Positions 18,246-28,443 of a stretch of 48,332 nt of DNA are shown piece after piece. The position numbers and the translations under genes were made by a program. Under the pieces are notes generated by a model. It saw nothing but the letters and a program-made list of their open reading frames with translations. It made no database searches and was not told the DNA's origin. Origin of the DNA: an uncultured Bacteroidota bacterium (GTDB lineage: Bacteria; Bacteroidota; Bacteroidia; Chitinophagales; LD1); assembly GCA_903917755.1 (NCBI GenBank), contig CAIXBT010000167.1:1-48332 (forward strand), in the 5' to 3' direction. Each line of letters opens with the position of its first letter. Within the stretch, counting starts at the first letter, position 1.

Positions 18246-19667
18246 CTAAAATCGTCGAATCAAAGATAATAGTTTGTCCGCGATATTTACTGACCATCTT
18301 TTCGAGAATTTCTCGTTCAATAAATCCGCAAAATTTTCCGGGTTATGCAGTACATTTTTTTTGATCCATTGAAGGTAGGCTTCTCTATAGCAAATATTAA
18401 ACAGTATAAACTCCAGCCGTTCCATTAGAGAGAGTTTGGTCTGCCACGATCTGGAGATGATATTTCGCAGAGAATAAAAATTGCTGATAAAAAATTCTGT
18501 GCCAGAAATTACCGTATCTGTTTCCACCCCATTTGGCAAATAGCTCAGATGGTTTCCATCATAAAATGAAATATCATCGGTAGTAAATGTGCCTTTTTTT
18601 TGCATATAATTAGCCACCTTAGTCCCCGGGTTGTATGTCAGGAAAGTGAGCTTGGCATAGATAATCCCCATTTTTTGAAAAAAATCTAAAGTTTTTTCAA
18701 ATGTCCTTTTATTCATGCCCTCTATTCCCAAAATAAAACCCGATGCTATCTGAATGCCATGACTTTGTACCTTTCGGATAATGCGTTCGTAATTTTCAAT
18801 ATGGTTGGTATTCATTTTATGTACACTATTCAATGCCTTTTCTTCTATGGATTCAAGACCACAATAAATTATTTTGCATCCACTGGCTTTCATGGCAGCA
18901 AGAATCTCTTCATTGTCGAGCTCTTCAATGCACATTTCAGCCATCCAGCCGCTTGCTCCAGATTTGGAGATCAGGCTACAGGTGTCAATCATATGAGATG
19001 AATTTACACCAAAATTGTAGTCGACAATATTTATGAATTTGCCTCTATATGCCGTTAGCTCACGCTCCAGCTGGGCGCTGCTTTTTACAAAATAATTTTT
19101 TTTCTGCATCACATGTACCATACAGAATGAGCAAACCTCGGTGCAACCGCGTGATGTCTCCAATGGCATACCCATGAATGAATAATATCTTGACGGGTCT
19201 TTTATAAGGTCGAAACGAGGAGGATGTATATCTGTCAAGGAGAATTTATTATCACCTATATATGTTTTTTTTAACTTTACATTTTGAAGGTCCGCAATAA
19301 GACTATCAGCTATCGGCTCCCATAAACCTTGTACAATTGTATCTGTATACTTTAAACATTTTTCAGGAAGGAGGGTGGGCAATTCTCCACCCCAGATCAA
19401 AGAGGATTTCGGAAAATATTGTCTGATCTCCGAGGTTAAGCTTATTGCATTTTCAATATTCTGGCAACTTACTTTAAGACCGAAAAATGCTATTGATTTA
19501 TTTTTATCGATCTGCGAAAAAAAAGTATTTCCATCTATAATATTTAAATCAAAAATTTCTATTTCATAATAAGAGCTCAAAACAGATGCTACAGCAGGAA
19601 GCGAGAGAGAGATAGACCCCTTTGGAAAGACCGGCAGATCGACTAAAATTACAGTTTGCTTTATCAT
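18246..19667 (-). CDS. Cobalamin-binding radical SAM enzyme (divergent)
   Basis: SLSLPAVAS..IWGG..PT B12-like domain, SRGCTEVCSFC, CGLES; start probably ATG 19667 (MIKQTVILVD). Confidence 0.85.
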   Translation of the reverse strand: MIKQTVILVDLPVFPKGSISLSLPAVASVLSSYYEIEIFDLNIIDGNTFFSQIDKNKSIAFFGLKVSCQNIENAISLTSEIRQYFPKSSLIWGGELPTLLPEKCLKYTDTIVQGLWEPIADSLIADLQNVKLKKTYIGDNKFSLTDIHPPRFDLIKDPSRYYSFMGMPLETSRGCTEVCSFCMVHVMQKKNYFVKSSAQLERELTAYRGKFINIVDYNFGVNSSHMIDTCSLISKSGASGWMAEMCIEELDNEEILAAMKASGCKIIYCGLESIEEKALNSVHKMNTNHIENYERIIRKVQSHGIQIASGFILGIEGMNKRTFEKTLDFFQKMGIIYAKLTFLTYNPGTKVANYMQKKGTFTTDDISFYDGNHLSYLPNGVETDTVISGTEFFISNFYSLRNIISRSWQTKLSLMERLEFILFNICYREAYLQWIKKNVLHNPENFADLLNEKFSKRWSVNIADKLLSLIRRF

Positions 19668-19728
19668 CGCATTATTGTTTAAAGACCTAACCGCAAATTG
19701 GAACAAAAAAATCAAAAAGCAACAAAAA

Positions 19729-19759
19729 TTGCCTGTGCTATTAAAAGCCTGACAGGCAA
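19729..19759 (-). terminator. Possible intrinsic terminator downstream of 19818..20687
   Basis: TTGCCTGT-N15-ACAGGCAA stem followed by a T-rich run on the minus strand; the loop is long. Confidence 0.4.
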
Positions 19760-19817
19760 ACACTCCGCAAAATGTACAGATTAACAGTCGGGCATTTAAT
19801 AAATGTTTGCAGGATGT

Positions 19818-20687
19818 TTAATACCAAGTCATATCGGCCTTCCGGAAAACAAATTTCTTATAATAATTATTCAATGATGCTGTTTTGATAGCATTATTTG
19901 CAACTCGCCCATTATTATATAAAACACTTTTGACGGTCTGGGTAAAAGTTAGCTCAAACCAATCATTATCGTTTGGTGAATCCGGTAATTTAATGGTGAG
20001 AGAAAGCAGCCCGGAGGCAGGATTAATAATGTTGTATGCAGAACGTACTATAGAAATTGCCTGTCCATTGGCAGGAGCGAAATACTGTTGAGTCATAGAT
20101 GGGGCACTCCTCCATTGTGCCGTATCTCCCGCACTTAGTGTGAGTATTTGTCCTGCCGTGCCTTTGTGATTGGAAAGCAAAAACATTCTTTCGAATGAGT
20201 TTCCTTCTCCACGTTTGAATTCAATGCCGTTTTTTGTAAAACCAAAATAGGCTCCGCCAGACGTGTCTCCTGCGAGTGTGGTCTGAATACCAATTTCATT
20301 AGGCGTTGCTTTCAATACATTATTGGTTGTACCACTGTTATCCACCAAACCTATGATAGCATTCATTGAATCATCTCCTGAACGGGTATTATTGTCTAAA
20401 GCAAGAACACTATGCAGGTATATAGGATTTCCCTGTGACAATAGTATATGCGGAATGCTATACGGTAATGTAGGTACAGTATCTGACATGGTAAAATAAT
20501 AGGGTATCCCATCCGCCCCGGTAAATTTGAAGTTCACTTTGCCGTTAATATTCAACACATCATATACAGTATCCGCTACATGCACTATTTTCTCCCTACC
20601 CTTGGTATTAGAATTAGTTTGTCCGCATCTCGACAGAAGTAAAACCAAAAAACCTAAAGCGAGAAATAGTGTGACTTTTATTTTCAT
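19818..20687 (-). CDS. Hypothetical lipoprotein with phage tail-fibre-like segments
   Basis: Signal peptide with Cys (LLLSRCGQ); GTAGQILT...AQW motif; C-terminal LTIKLP.SP.D...TWY module resembling virion fibre proteins. Confidence 0.55.
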   Translation of the reverse strand: MKIKVTLFLALGFLVLLLSRCGQTNSNTKGREKIVHVADTVYDVLNINGKVNFKFTGADGIPYYFTMSDTVPTLPYSIPHILLSQGNPIYLHSVLALDNNTRSGDDSMNAIIGLVDNSGTTNNVLKATPNEIGIQTTLAGDTSGGAYFGFTKNGIEFKRGEGNSFERMFLLSNHKGTAGQILTLSAGDTAQWRSAPSMTQQYFAPANGQAISIVRSAYNIINPASGLLSLTIKLPDSPNDNDWFELTFTQTVKSVLYNNGRVANNAIKTASLNNYYKKFVFRKADMTWY

Positions 20688-20727
20688 TGTCTAATTTATA
20701 CGGTGAGCCAATGGCCTAAAACAAAAG

Positions 20728-21987
20728 CTATTTGAATATTTTTATTTCCTGATAACTTCCCAACAAAACATCTGATATTACCGTTGGTTCTGCATCCAGC
20801 CAATTTTTTAAAACAGATGAATAGACAGATCTATAGTCATACTGTAATGATAGATTATCTTGTACTGTCACATGCTCGGGTATAACGGGATTGACTCCGA
20901 TAATGCCAGCATTGATACCCCTTCCGAAAAATAATATTGGCTGTGATGAGCCATGGTCGGTGCCCATGCTTGCATTAGACATAATTCTTCTTCCAAACTC
21001 TGAAAATGTCATACCAACTACATCATCCTCTCTTCCCATCGCAGTAATATCTTCCCAAAAACATGAAACTGCCTGAGATAATTTTTTGAGCAGATCTGCA
21101 TGAGCCCCCTTAGTGGAATCAGAAGGATCTACCTGTCCCTGATGTGTGTCAAACCCTTTCAAATCTACCAAGTACACTGGTGTTTGCGATCCGGATTTTA
21201 TGAGTTTTGATACGATCTTCAATTGATCAGCTAGAGAGTTTTCGCCTTCTTTCGGATATGACTTAGAATGTTGAAACGTGGTATTGAGAGCATTTTTAAG
21301 CGTTTGGGAATAATGTTGGGTTTGCAGGAGTACTTCTGAAATACTCTTCATCTCTATAGCTGCAAAAGTACTTTCGTCGTCCGCTGGCAAATCCACTTCA
21401 GGTGCCTGAAACCCCGTCGATGGGTTGATGATCACACTCATATCTATGGTTTCGCCCTGAAAAAGGAATGTACCCGTATCTCCTATCTTGATAGCAGGAG
21501 GATCCGGATATTTTTGGTTGGGAAATCCCTGTGGATAGTTTTTATACCGGGTTTCTAGGAAACGAGCCATCCATCCGGTTGAAAGGATCTTAGTGTCAGC
21601 CCCAGTGAGCCAGATATCCTGTGATCGGAAGTGTGACAATACGAGATTAGAATATCCGACCCCCTGTACGAAAGTCACCAGATCATTATCATACATATCT
21701 TTGATACCCTCCAGAGATGGATGAAGTCCGGCAGAATTTGTTCCCTTTATTGACAGAATTTTGCGCTCAGGTATATAGAGACTCGGTCTGGCTTTCGTTA
21801 TCCTTTCATAGTTATCCAAAGGAATCAATGTATTCAAACCATCATTGCCGCCTATCAGTTGTATCAGTATGAGTATTTTATTTTGTGGTCTGCGACGAGT
21901 GTGAAAATTGCATGCAGATAAGGCCCCTAAAAAAAGCGGAACAGCTGCTGTAATAGCAGAATTTCTTATAAAGGATCTCCTGTTCAT
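20728..21987 (-). CDS. DUF1501 family protein (Tat signal, possible lipoprotein)
   Basis: MNRRSFI Tat motif, QL.GGNDGLNTLIP, LHP, SHFRS, GFDTH, SEFGRR, GTDHG, DYRSVY. Confidence 0.9.
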   Translation of the reverse strand: MNRRSFIRNSAITAAVPLFLGALSACNFHTRRRPQNKILILIQLIGGNDGLNTLIPLDNYERITKARPSLYIPERKILSIKGTNSAGLHPSLEGIKDMYDNDLVTFVQGVGYSNLVLSHFRSQDIWLTGADTKILSTGWMARFLETRYKNYPQGFPNQKYPDPPAIKIGDTGTFLFQGETIDMSVIINPSTGFQAPEVDLPADDESTFAAIEMKSISEVLLQTQHYSQTLKNALNTTFQHSKSYPKEGENSLADQLKIVSKLIKSGSQTPVYLVDLKGFDTHQGQVDPSDSTKGAHADLLKKLSQAVSCFWEDITAMGREDDVVGMTFSEFGRRIMSNASMGTDHGSSQPILFFGRGINAGIIGVNPVIPEHVTVQDNLSLQYDYRSVYSSVLKNWLDAEPTVISDVLLGSYQEIKIFK

Positions 21988-23567
21988 CAGATCATTTGGT
22001 ATTGAACCATATTAGTCATTCTTTTAAAAAAAGCTCTCAATCTGGTTTCTACAATATTCTTGGCTTCCTCATCTGTCGGGGTGGCGATATACTTTTGCCA
22101 TGCATCGGCCCAATAATGATTTGCTACCTGCCCGGACAGCAATATACTCTTTAACTTGTTCTTAGCTGCGTCACTGATCCTTACTGCATACAGCAGTTCG
22201 ACACAATGGTCGATCAGCAGGTCAACATTTTCAGGATCCTTAAATTGCTTTACGAACATGGTGAGATCAAATTTGATATAAGGCCCGTTGCATTTCAAAC
22301 CGACAGATGAATTAAGATTGTTTACGAGTTCCATGCGCACGCTCAGAGAGCTGGGATTGATCCACCATCGATGATATTTAGGTGCCTGATAGTATGCTGG
22401 CCATCCTGCTACTGACGGCGGATTGCCTATGATCATAGACAGCCCTCCTATGAAATCATGAATAATGACGGAGCATAGCAGGTTTTCTGAGATATCACTT
22501 GGTAAAGTGACACCAAATTGCTGAATAACCCCGACCAAAAAATCAACCGGGCTTTTTTCGATACAGCCCCTGAAAGCCTTGTCATAAAAATGCTCGCTCT
22601 GTAATAGTATCCTTAAAACAGGAACGACCTCATAATTATTGGCAATAAGGATCTGTGCTAAAGGTTTGATGATATTGCGCTCTGTTTGTTCATCCATTTG
22701 AGCGCAAACTAGCCAGCGGTATATGTTTTTGCAAAAAAATTCAGCTGTTGCTGTTCTCTGAAAGATCATTTCTATTAGTTCATCTGTTTCGCCGGCACCA
22801 TCCGCACCTTGCCTGCCTCTGATAACCCTGTTTTCAAAAAAAGGGGAAAAGTGTTTATCACCTGAGTCATGAAGCAGCGGATCAAACTCAGAACGGATAT
22901 CCTGTTTATTATCCTTCCAACCCGTCAGGACTCTGGCAGCAGCCTTCACATCATCTTCTGAGTATCTGGTCTCTGCTCCCTTGCCTATGGTGAATAATTC
23001 CATCAATTCTCTGCTGTAATTTTCATTTGGAGCCGCCTTCTTGTTTGAATTTCCATTTAGATAGACGAGCATAGCAGGGTTAGCAGTCCCTTCACGGATC
23101 AATTTTTTAAAATTGCCCAATGCATGGGTACGAAGCATGGCATAATAAGCATAATCATATCTGGCATCTTTGACTATATTCATTTCTATCGGAAAATGGT
23201 TGTGCCAGAAGAGGATCATTTTTTCTGTAAGAGAAAAATCGCGGCCTATGATGCGCGATACCCACCATGATCTCAATGCTTCCGATCTTTTGCTGTCTAT
23301 CATTTCATTTTCAAAAGGGGCCTCGATCCATTCGGTACCTATCGGCACCAGAGGATCTGTCAGATCGGGGTCTTCCTGAACGGGTGGTTTGAGAGCTGTA
23401 GTAGGAGTCAAAAGAACATCAAGACATTGAGACAGCTTTTTTTTTCTGAAAAATTCAAGTTCCTTATGACCCACGCCAAATAGCGTACGCCTCAGCAGAT
23501 GAAGAAGGTCATCTGTTTCCCATTTTCCGCTGTAAGGTGCGAGGCTATATGAAGATATGACAGGCAT
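21987..23567 (-). CDS. DUF1800 family protein
   Basis: HLLRRTLFG, EKM.LFWHNHF, PNENYSRELMELFT.G, DVKAAARVLTGW, PPSVAGW. Confidence 0.9.
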   Translation of the reverse strand: MPVISSYSLAPYSGKWETDDLLHLLRRTLFGVGHKELEFFRKKKLSQCLDVLLTPTTALKPPVQEDPDLTDPLVPIGTEWIEAPFENEMIDSKRSEALRSWWVSRIIGRDFSLTEKMILFWHNHFPIEMNIVKDARYDYAYYAMLRTHALGNFKKLIREGTANPAMLVYLNGNSNKKAAPNENYSRELMELFTIGKGAETRYSEDDVKAAARVLTGWKDNKQDIRSEFDPLLHDSGDKHFSPFFENRVIRGRQGADGAGETDELIEMIFQRTATAEFFCKNIYRWLVCAQMDEQTERNIIKPLAQILIANNYEVVPVLRILLQSEHFYDKAFRGCIEKSPVDFLVGVIQQFGVTLPSDISENLLCSVIIHDFIGGLSMIIGNPPSVAGWPAYYQAPKYHRWWINPSSLSVRMELVNNLNSSVGLKCNGPYIKFDLTMFVKQFKDPENVDLLIDHCVELLYAVRISDAAKNKLKSILLSGQVANHYWADAWQKYIATPTDEEAKNIVETRLRAFFKRMTNMVQYQMI

Positions 23568-23572
23568 GGAGG

Positions 23573-24838
23573 CTATGATCGGGATTTATATATTTTCAAT
23601 TCCGGAAAATCGCCTTTCAGGATCTCTTTAATATCGGTCGAAGGCGCAGTCATCCATTTTTTCAAAACAGATCCATACACAGATCTGAAGTCATATTGCA
23701 AGGCTAGATTGTCACTACCGAGTACTGTATCAGGTATGACAGGGTTTTTGCCCATAATGCCACCCGCGAGATCAGCACCAAAAAACAAGATCGGCTGAGT
23801 GGATCCATGGTCTGTGCCACGACTCGCATTAGATTTGATCCTCCGGCCAAATTCAGAAAAAGCCATACCGGAGACATCATGCTCCCTGCCCATCTGATTG
23901 ACATCTTCCCAAAAGCAGCTAATAGCCTGTGAGACTTTTTTCAACAGATCCGCATGTGTACCCTTAGTAGGGTCTTTGGCATCCAGCTGATCCTCATGTG
24001 TATCAAATCCTTTCAGATCTACCAGATATACTGAGGTCTCGAGGCCGGAGTCAATCAATTTAGCAACCATTTTCAGTTGATCTGCCAATGAATTCTCACC
24101 TGATTTGGGATATGATTTGGAATGAGAAAATTTATTTTTTAGTGCTTTCTCGATGACATTAGAGTAAGATTTTGTCTGCAGCAATATTTCTCGGATACTA
24201 TTCACTTCGTGTGCTGCATAGGTGTCTGCACTATTGCCGGAAGGTTCGATCTCAGGGCTCTCAAAGCTCTTATAGGCATCGATCACGATACTCATGTCCA
24301 TTTTATAACCTTCAAATAGAAACGAGCCAGTATCGCCTATTTTAATGGCTGGCGGATCAGGATGAGTCTGATTTGGAAACCCTTCCGGATAGTGTTTATA
24401 CTGTGTTTCAAGATAACGTGCCATCCAGCCTGTATATAATGTCTCTGCCGATCCGGACCCTGTAAGCAAAATATCTGATGAGCGAAAGTGAGAATAATTG
24501 GGGTTTTCATAACCCACACCCTGAATGAAGCTCACCAGGTTATTATTATAAAGGTCTTGCACTCCCTTCATAGATGGGTGCAAACCGGTGGCTGTAGCTC
24601 CGTTCATCATGAGCACCTTATTTTCCGGAATGAGAATATTGGGTCTGGCTTTGGAAAGATTGGGGTATTGGTCCAGCGGGATCAATGTATTCAATCCATC
24701 ATTCCCTCCTATCAGCTGGATGAGGACGAATACCGGCTTTTGCTTGCCTGATTTCACCGTACACGATGCCAGTGAACCAAGAAAGTAAGGCAGTACCGTA
24801 GCCAAAGCTGTGTTTTTGATAAATACTCTTCTATTCAT
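23573..24838 (-). CDS. DUF1501 family protein (Tat signal, possible lipoprotein), second copy
   Basis: MNRRVFI, GGNDGLNT, SHFRS, GFDTH, SEFGRR, GTDHG. Confidence 0.9.
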   Translation of the reverse strand: MNRRVFIKNTALATVLPYFLGSLASCTVKSGKQKPVFVLIQLIGGNDGLNTLIPLDQYPNLSKARPNILIPENKVLMMNGATATGLHPSMKGVQDLYNNNLVSFIQGVGYENPNYSHFRSSDILLTGSGSAETLYTGWMARYLETQYKHYPEGFPNQTHPDPPAIKIGDTGSFLFEGYKMDMSIVIDAYKSFESPEIEPSGNSADTYAAHEVNSIREILLQTKSYSNVIEKALKNKFSHSKSYPKSGENSLADQLKMVAKLIDSGLETSVYLVDLKGFDTHEDQLDAKDPTKGTHADLLKKVSQAISCFWEDVNQMGREHDVSGMAFSEFGRRIKSNASRGTDHGSTQPILFFGADLAGGIMGKNPVIPDTVLGSDNLALQYDFRSVYGSVLKKWMTAPSTDIKEILKGDFPELKIYKSRS

Positions 24839-24839
24839 C

Positions 24840-26420
24840 TTACATGATTTGATATTCAGGCATATTTATTATTTTCCGATAAAACTCCTTTAGTCTTGTT
24901 TCAATCACTCCTTTATTTTCTTTGTTTTCTGGGTCAGCAATGAATTTATTCCAGGCATCGGTCCAATAATGATCTGCCTCCTGACCGGATAATAACACTG
25001 CTTTGAGCCTATTCTTATCAGATTGACTTATTTCCATAGCCAATAAAAACTCTACACTGCTATTGATCAGCTTATCGGGGTCTTCCGGGTTCTCAAGTTG
25101 GCGTACAAAATTCGAAAAGTCAAATTTTATTCTTGGTCCGTTGCAATTTAGTCCCTCTTCGGCTATCAGGCTGTCAATAATTTTCATTCGAAAACTTAAT
25201 GTGTATGAATTGATCCACCACTGATGAAATTTCGGCGCTTGATAGAAAGCCGGCCAACCTGCCACCGAAGGCGGATCGCCGATCATCATAGACAATCCAC
25301 CCAGGTAGAACATATAGTGCAACCAACAGAGATGGTTTTCAACAGAAATAGCCGGAAAAGCCAGATCAAATTGTTTAGAAGCACCGATCCAAAAGTCTAC
25401 TGGGCTCTTTACAATACAACCTCTGAAAGCGGGATCAAAAAAATGCTCACTGCTCAATAAAGTCCTGAGCACAGGAGATACCTCATAATTATTTGCCTGT
25501 AGTATATAGGCAAGGGGAGTTATGATCTCAGTTTCCACTCTATCGTCGATCTGTGCACAGACCAGCCAGCGATATAAATTTCTGCAAAAATATTTAGCCG
25601 TCTCTTTTCTGCAAAAGATCACATCAACTAGTTCATCTGTTTCTATCGCACCAGAAGCTCCCGATCTACCTTTTATGATCGTATGATCAAAGAATGAAGA
25701 GAACCTTTTATCGTCGGTATCGTGAAGTTCGGGGTGGAAGTTTGTCTGAAGAGTTTCCTTATCATCTTTCCATCCTGTCAGAACCCTAGCTGCTGCTTTC
25801 ACATCTTCCTCTGTATATCTCACATGAGGATCTTTGCCCAGTGTGAATAGTTCCATTAGTTCTCTGCTATAGTTTTCATTAGGGGCTTCTTTGTTATTTG
25901 AATTGCCATTGAGATAAACCAGCATGGCAATATTGGTTGTCCCCTCTCTTATAAGGTTTTTAAAATTGCCTAATGCATGGGAGCGCAATGTGTGAACATA
26001 CTGATAGCTATATCTTCCGTCTTTGACTATATCCATCTCTGTCACGAAATGATTATGCCAAAACAAAGTCATCTTTTCGGTCAATGAATAATCGCGATTA
26101 ATGATCTGACCTACCCACCATGCTTTCAGATAGAATCTTCTTTTTTTGTCTATCTCCTCACTTTCATATGGAGCATTGATCCATTGGGTACCTCTGGGCA
26201 CCAAAGGGTCGATGATGTCCGGGTCATCCTGTGCCAGCATTTCCGGTGCAGGAGATCTCTTTAACAGGGACTCCATGCACTGGTTAATATCCTTGCCCTT
26301 GAAAAACTCAAAATCTTTGATACTTACACCAAACAAACACCGCCCAAGCAGGTGTGACAATTCGTCCTTCTTTAATTTACTATTAATCGGAGCAAGACTA
26401 TATGATGAAGCAATACGCAT
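24840..26420 (-). CDS. DUF1800 family protein, second copy
   Basis: EKMTLFWHNHF, PNENYSRELMELFTLG, AARVLTGW, PPSVAGW. Confidence 0.9.
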   Translation of the reverse strand: MRIASSYSLAPINSKLKKDELSHLLGRCLFGVSIKDFEFFKGKDINQCMESLLKRSPAPEMLAQDDPDIIDPLVPRGTQWINAPYESEEIDKKRRFYLKAWWVGQIINRDYSLTEKMTLFWHNHFVTEMDIVKDGRYSYQYVHTLRSHALGNFKNLIREGTTNIAMLVYLNGNSNNKEAPNENYSRELMELFTLGKDPHVRYTEEDVKAAARVLTGWKDDKETLQTNFHPELHDTDDKRFSSFFDHTIIKGRSGASGAIETDELVDVIFCRKETAKYFCRNLYRWLVCAQIDDRVETEIITPLAYILQANNYEVSPVLRTLLSSEHFFDPAFRGCIVKSPVDFWIGASKQFDLAFPAISVENHLCWLHYMFYLGGLSMMIGDPPSVAGWPAFYQAPKFHQWWINSYTLSFRMKIIDSLIAEEGLNCNGPRIKFDFSNFVRQLENPEDPDKLINSSVEFLLAMEISQSDKNRLKAVLLSGQEADHYWTDAWNKFIADPENKENKGVIETRLKEFYRKIINMPEYQIM

Positions 26421-26611
26421 TTCTTATTTCGATAGTTTGAACCAAGTTCACACCTCCATTTCTTAGCCAATCAAAAACAAGGTTAGTAAACCCTCAAATA
26501 ATGTAAGAAGTATGTGACTACTCATTGTTATAAAATTACTAAAATTTTTGAAGATAAATATTGAACATATTACTACGTCCAATTATTTACCATGTATTTG
26601 TCGGAACATAG

Positions 26612-27487
26612 TTATTGCTTAGCGATCCAGTCGAATGAAACAGGAACAACGCCTGGACTAGATACGAAGTTCACAGTGAACGTAGTTGCTCCCTTGGCTG
26701 TGATATAGTAGGCCAATGCATTCCCAGCCGCTGTAGGGCTTATGACGACCTGTGAAGGGGTATATCCAAGGCTGTGAGTTACTACAAATGCTGTTTGAAG
26801 TGCCGATCCTGTTACTGAGTATGAACCTCCACCTGTGCCAACTGATTGCCATGAAGCAAGACCTGTTGCATCTGAGGTGAGGACTTTCCCCGCGCCTTGA
26901 GTGCCGTCCATTATTTTAATTCCATCAGGACGACCAAGAGTTCCTATTTGAAAAACACCTACACCGACCCCACCTCTAGCACCCTTCATATATACCAAAG
27001 AATCCATTACAATGTCCGAATTTCCCGTGTCTATAGGAGCTAGGGCCCAAAATTGAATATAATTAGATATGATATGTATTGATGAATCCCCCTTAACAAC
27101 CGCACATGATTGAGCGCCTACATATGAAGGATCCACTCCGCATGTCGTACCATCACCAGCAAACACGCCACTATACCCACCAGTAATCAGATTATTATAT
27201 AAAACCAAAAAATCTCCGTCTACTTCTAAAGCATGCGCCGGGCTAGTTGTTCCGATGCCTACGTTCCGAGAGTTTTTAGGGTATAAGCTATTGCCACTTT
27301 GTGTCCAAAATGTATGATTGCTGAAATATTGATTTATTTTCGATCCGCTGGTTGTGTCAACGCATTGATTGACTTGCGTACAATTCAACGCGCTATTCCT
27401 GAGCGACGCCGAAAGCGAAGGCATTAGCGCCGCGCCAATCGCCCCCACAATGGCTAAAAATGCGACTAATAACATTGTTTTTTTCAT
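26612..27487 (-). CDS. Exported tail-fibre-like hypothetical protein, probably phage-derived
   Basis: Signal peptide MKKTMLLVAFLAIVGAIG (start 27487), NVGIGTTSP..ALEV.G, DGTQGAGKVLTSDATGLASW, C-terminal HSLGYTP...FTV..FDWIA; directly downstream of phage baseplate genes. Confidence 0.55.
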   Translation of the reverse strand: MKKTMLLVAFLAIVGAIGAALMPSLSASLRNSALNCTQVNQCVDTTSGSKINQYFSNHTFWTQSGNSLYPKNSRNVGIGTTSPAHALEVDGDFLVLYNNLITGGYSGVFAGDGTTCGVDPSYVGAQSCAVVKGDSSIHIISNYIQFWALAPIDTGNSDIVMDSLVYMKGARGGVGVGVFQIGTLGRPDGIKIMDGTQGAGKVLTSDATGLASWQSVGTGGGSYSVTGSALQTAFVVTHSLGYTPSQVVISPTAAGNALAYYITAKGATTFTVNFVSSPGVVPVSFDWIAKQ

Positions 27488-27503
27488 TATGTTAATTTTA
27501 AAG

Positions 27504-27808
27504 TTACAACTCATTCAATAAGTTTTCGTTTTTGAGTCCATCACCATTTTCGTTTTGCAATTGCTCCACCGCATTAGGCTCCCCGCTATTGTTGACATCA
27601 ATATTAGCGGCCTTAAAGCTCGACGCGATATTGGGCGGCGTCACGAGGCCGTCGGGTATGATAATGACACTTTTGGGGGCGGGTCATTTGTGAGCGACAA
27701 CGAGGGATTGGCTAGGAATATGTCAAACAAATTATCTATTTGACCACACGAACATATCACTACGTCATACGCACTTTGACCGCGCCGGGATATGTATTTT
27801 GTTGGCAT
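27504..27808 (-). pseudogene. Frameshifted LysM-like (gpX-type) phage tail/baseplate gene
   Basis: ATG 27808 overlaps the upstream stop (TAATG). It reads MPTKYISRRGQSAYDVV..GQIDNLFDIFLANPSLSLTNDPPPK and stops at 27641, but the expected LysM ending VIIIPDG... continues in another frame after the C5/A4 run at about 27671-27679, to TAA 27504. Confidence 0.6.
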
Positions 27809-28107
27809 TATGGAGTCACTGAATTTTTAACCCTCATTCCGGGCGTTGCCTTAAGACTTAACACCTTATAGTTATCATAGATCAACATACGCCTCACGCG
27901 ACCCGCTAAGGCCACAAGGTTAGGCGATCCGTTGAGGTCACGTATTACGCCCAATCCCAATAAGGGGAATTGCCAGGCTTGCCCTAAGTCGAGCGTGTAT
28001 ATGTCGCGGATATGTTGTTGATCTGAAAAATCAACCTTCCAATCGCCCTTAATGGTATCAATCACTAAGTCACCCTGAAATATCATATCTGTTACAGCTA
28101 TCGACAT
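27808..28107 (-). CDS. Phage baseplate wedge protein (gp25/GpW-like)
   Basis: DL.I..GD....SDQQH...I....G...QFPLLG.G pattern of Bacteroidota myovirus-type tail loci; lies between the spike and LysM genes. Confidence 0.6.
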   Translation of the reverse strand: MSIAVTDMIFQGDLVIDTIKGDWKVDFSDQQHIRDIYTLDLGQAWQFPLLGLGVIRDLNGSPNLVALAGRVRRMLIYDNYKVLSLKATPGMRVKNSVTP

Positions 28108-28128
28108 TGTTTGCTATTCGGTTACAAA

Positions 28129-28434
28129 TTACTGTTTTACTTTTATGTTTTCCAAATCTGAGTTTTGTGTTTGGACGAGTTGCGACCCAAACCACGCGGA
28201 CGACGACGCCTTAAGTGCCGCGCCGCCGTCCTGAGGCACGGGCATCCATCCACTCATAGCTGTTTTCAAAGTGTTATTGTCTTGCTCTATCTTATTTAAT
28301 CGGTCAACTACATTTGACAGCAATACAAGACCCTTGTTATTTCCGCCGTTAAAAGCGATTCCGTTTTGATCCATGAAAAGCTCCATCTCCTTAACCTTTA
28401 TGTCAAGTGTACCGCTATCGTCTAACCTTACCGA
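28129..28434 (-). pseudogene. 5'-truncated phage baseplate spike (gpV-like), C-terminal part
   Basis: FNGG.N.GLV...LN.IE...LK...W.PVP.DGGAALK....W...T...DLEN.KVK; the frame is open only to about 28434 and the N-terminal domain is missing. Confidence 0.6.
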
Positions 28435-28443
28435 TTACCTTAG

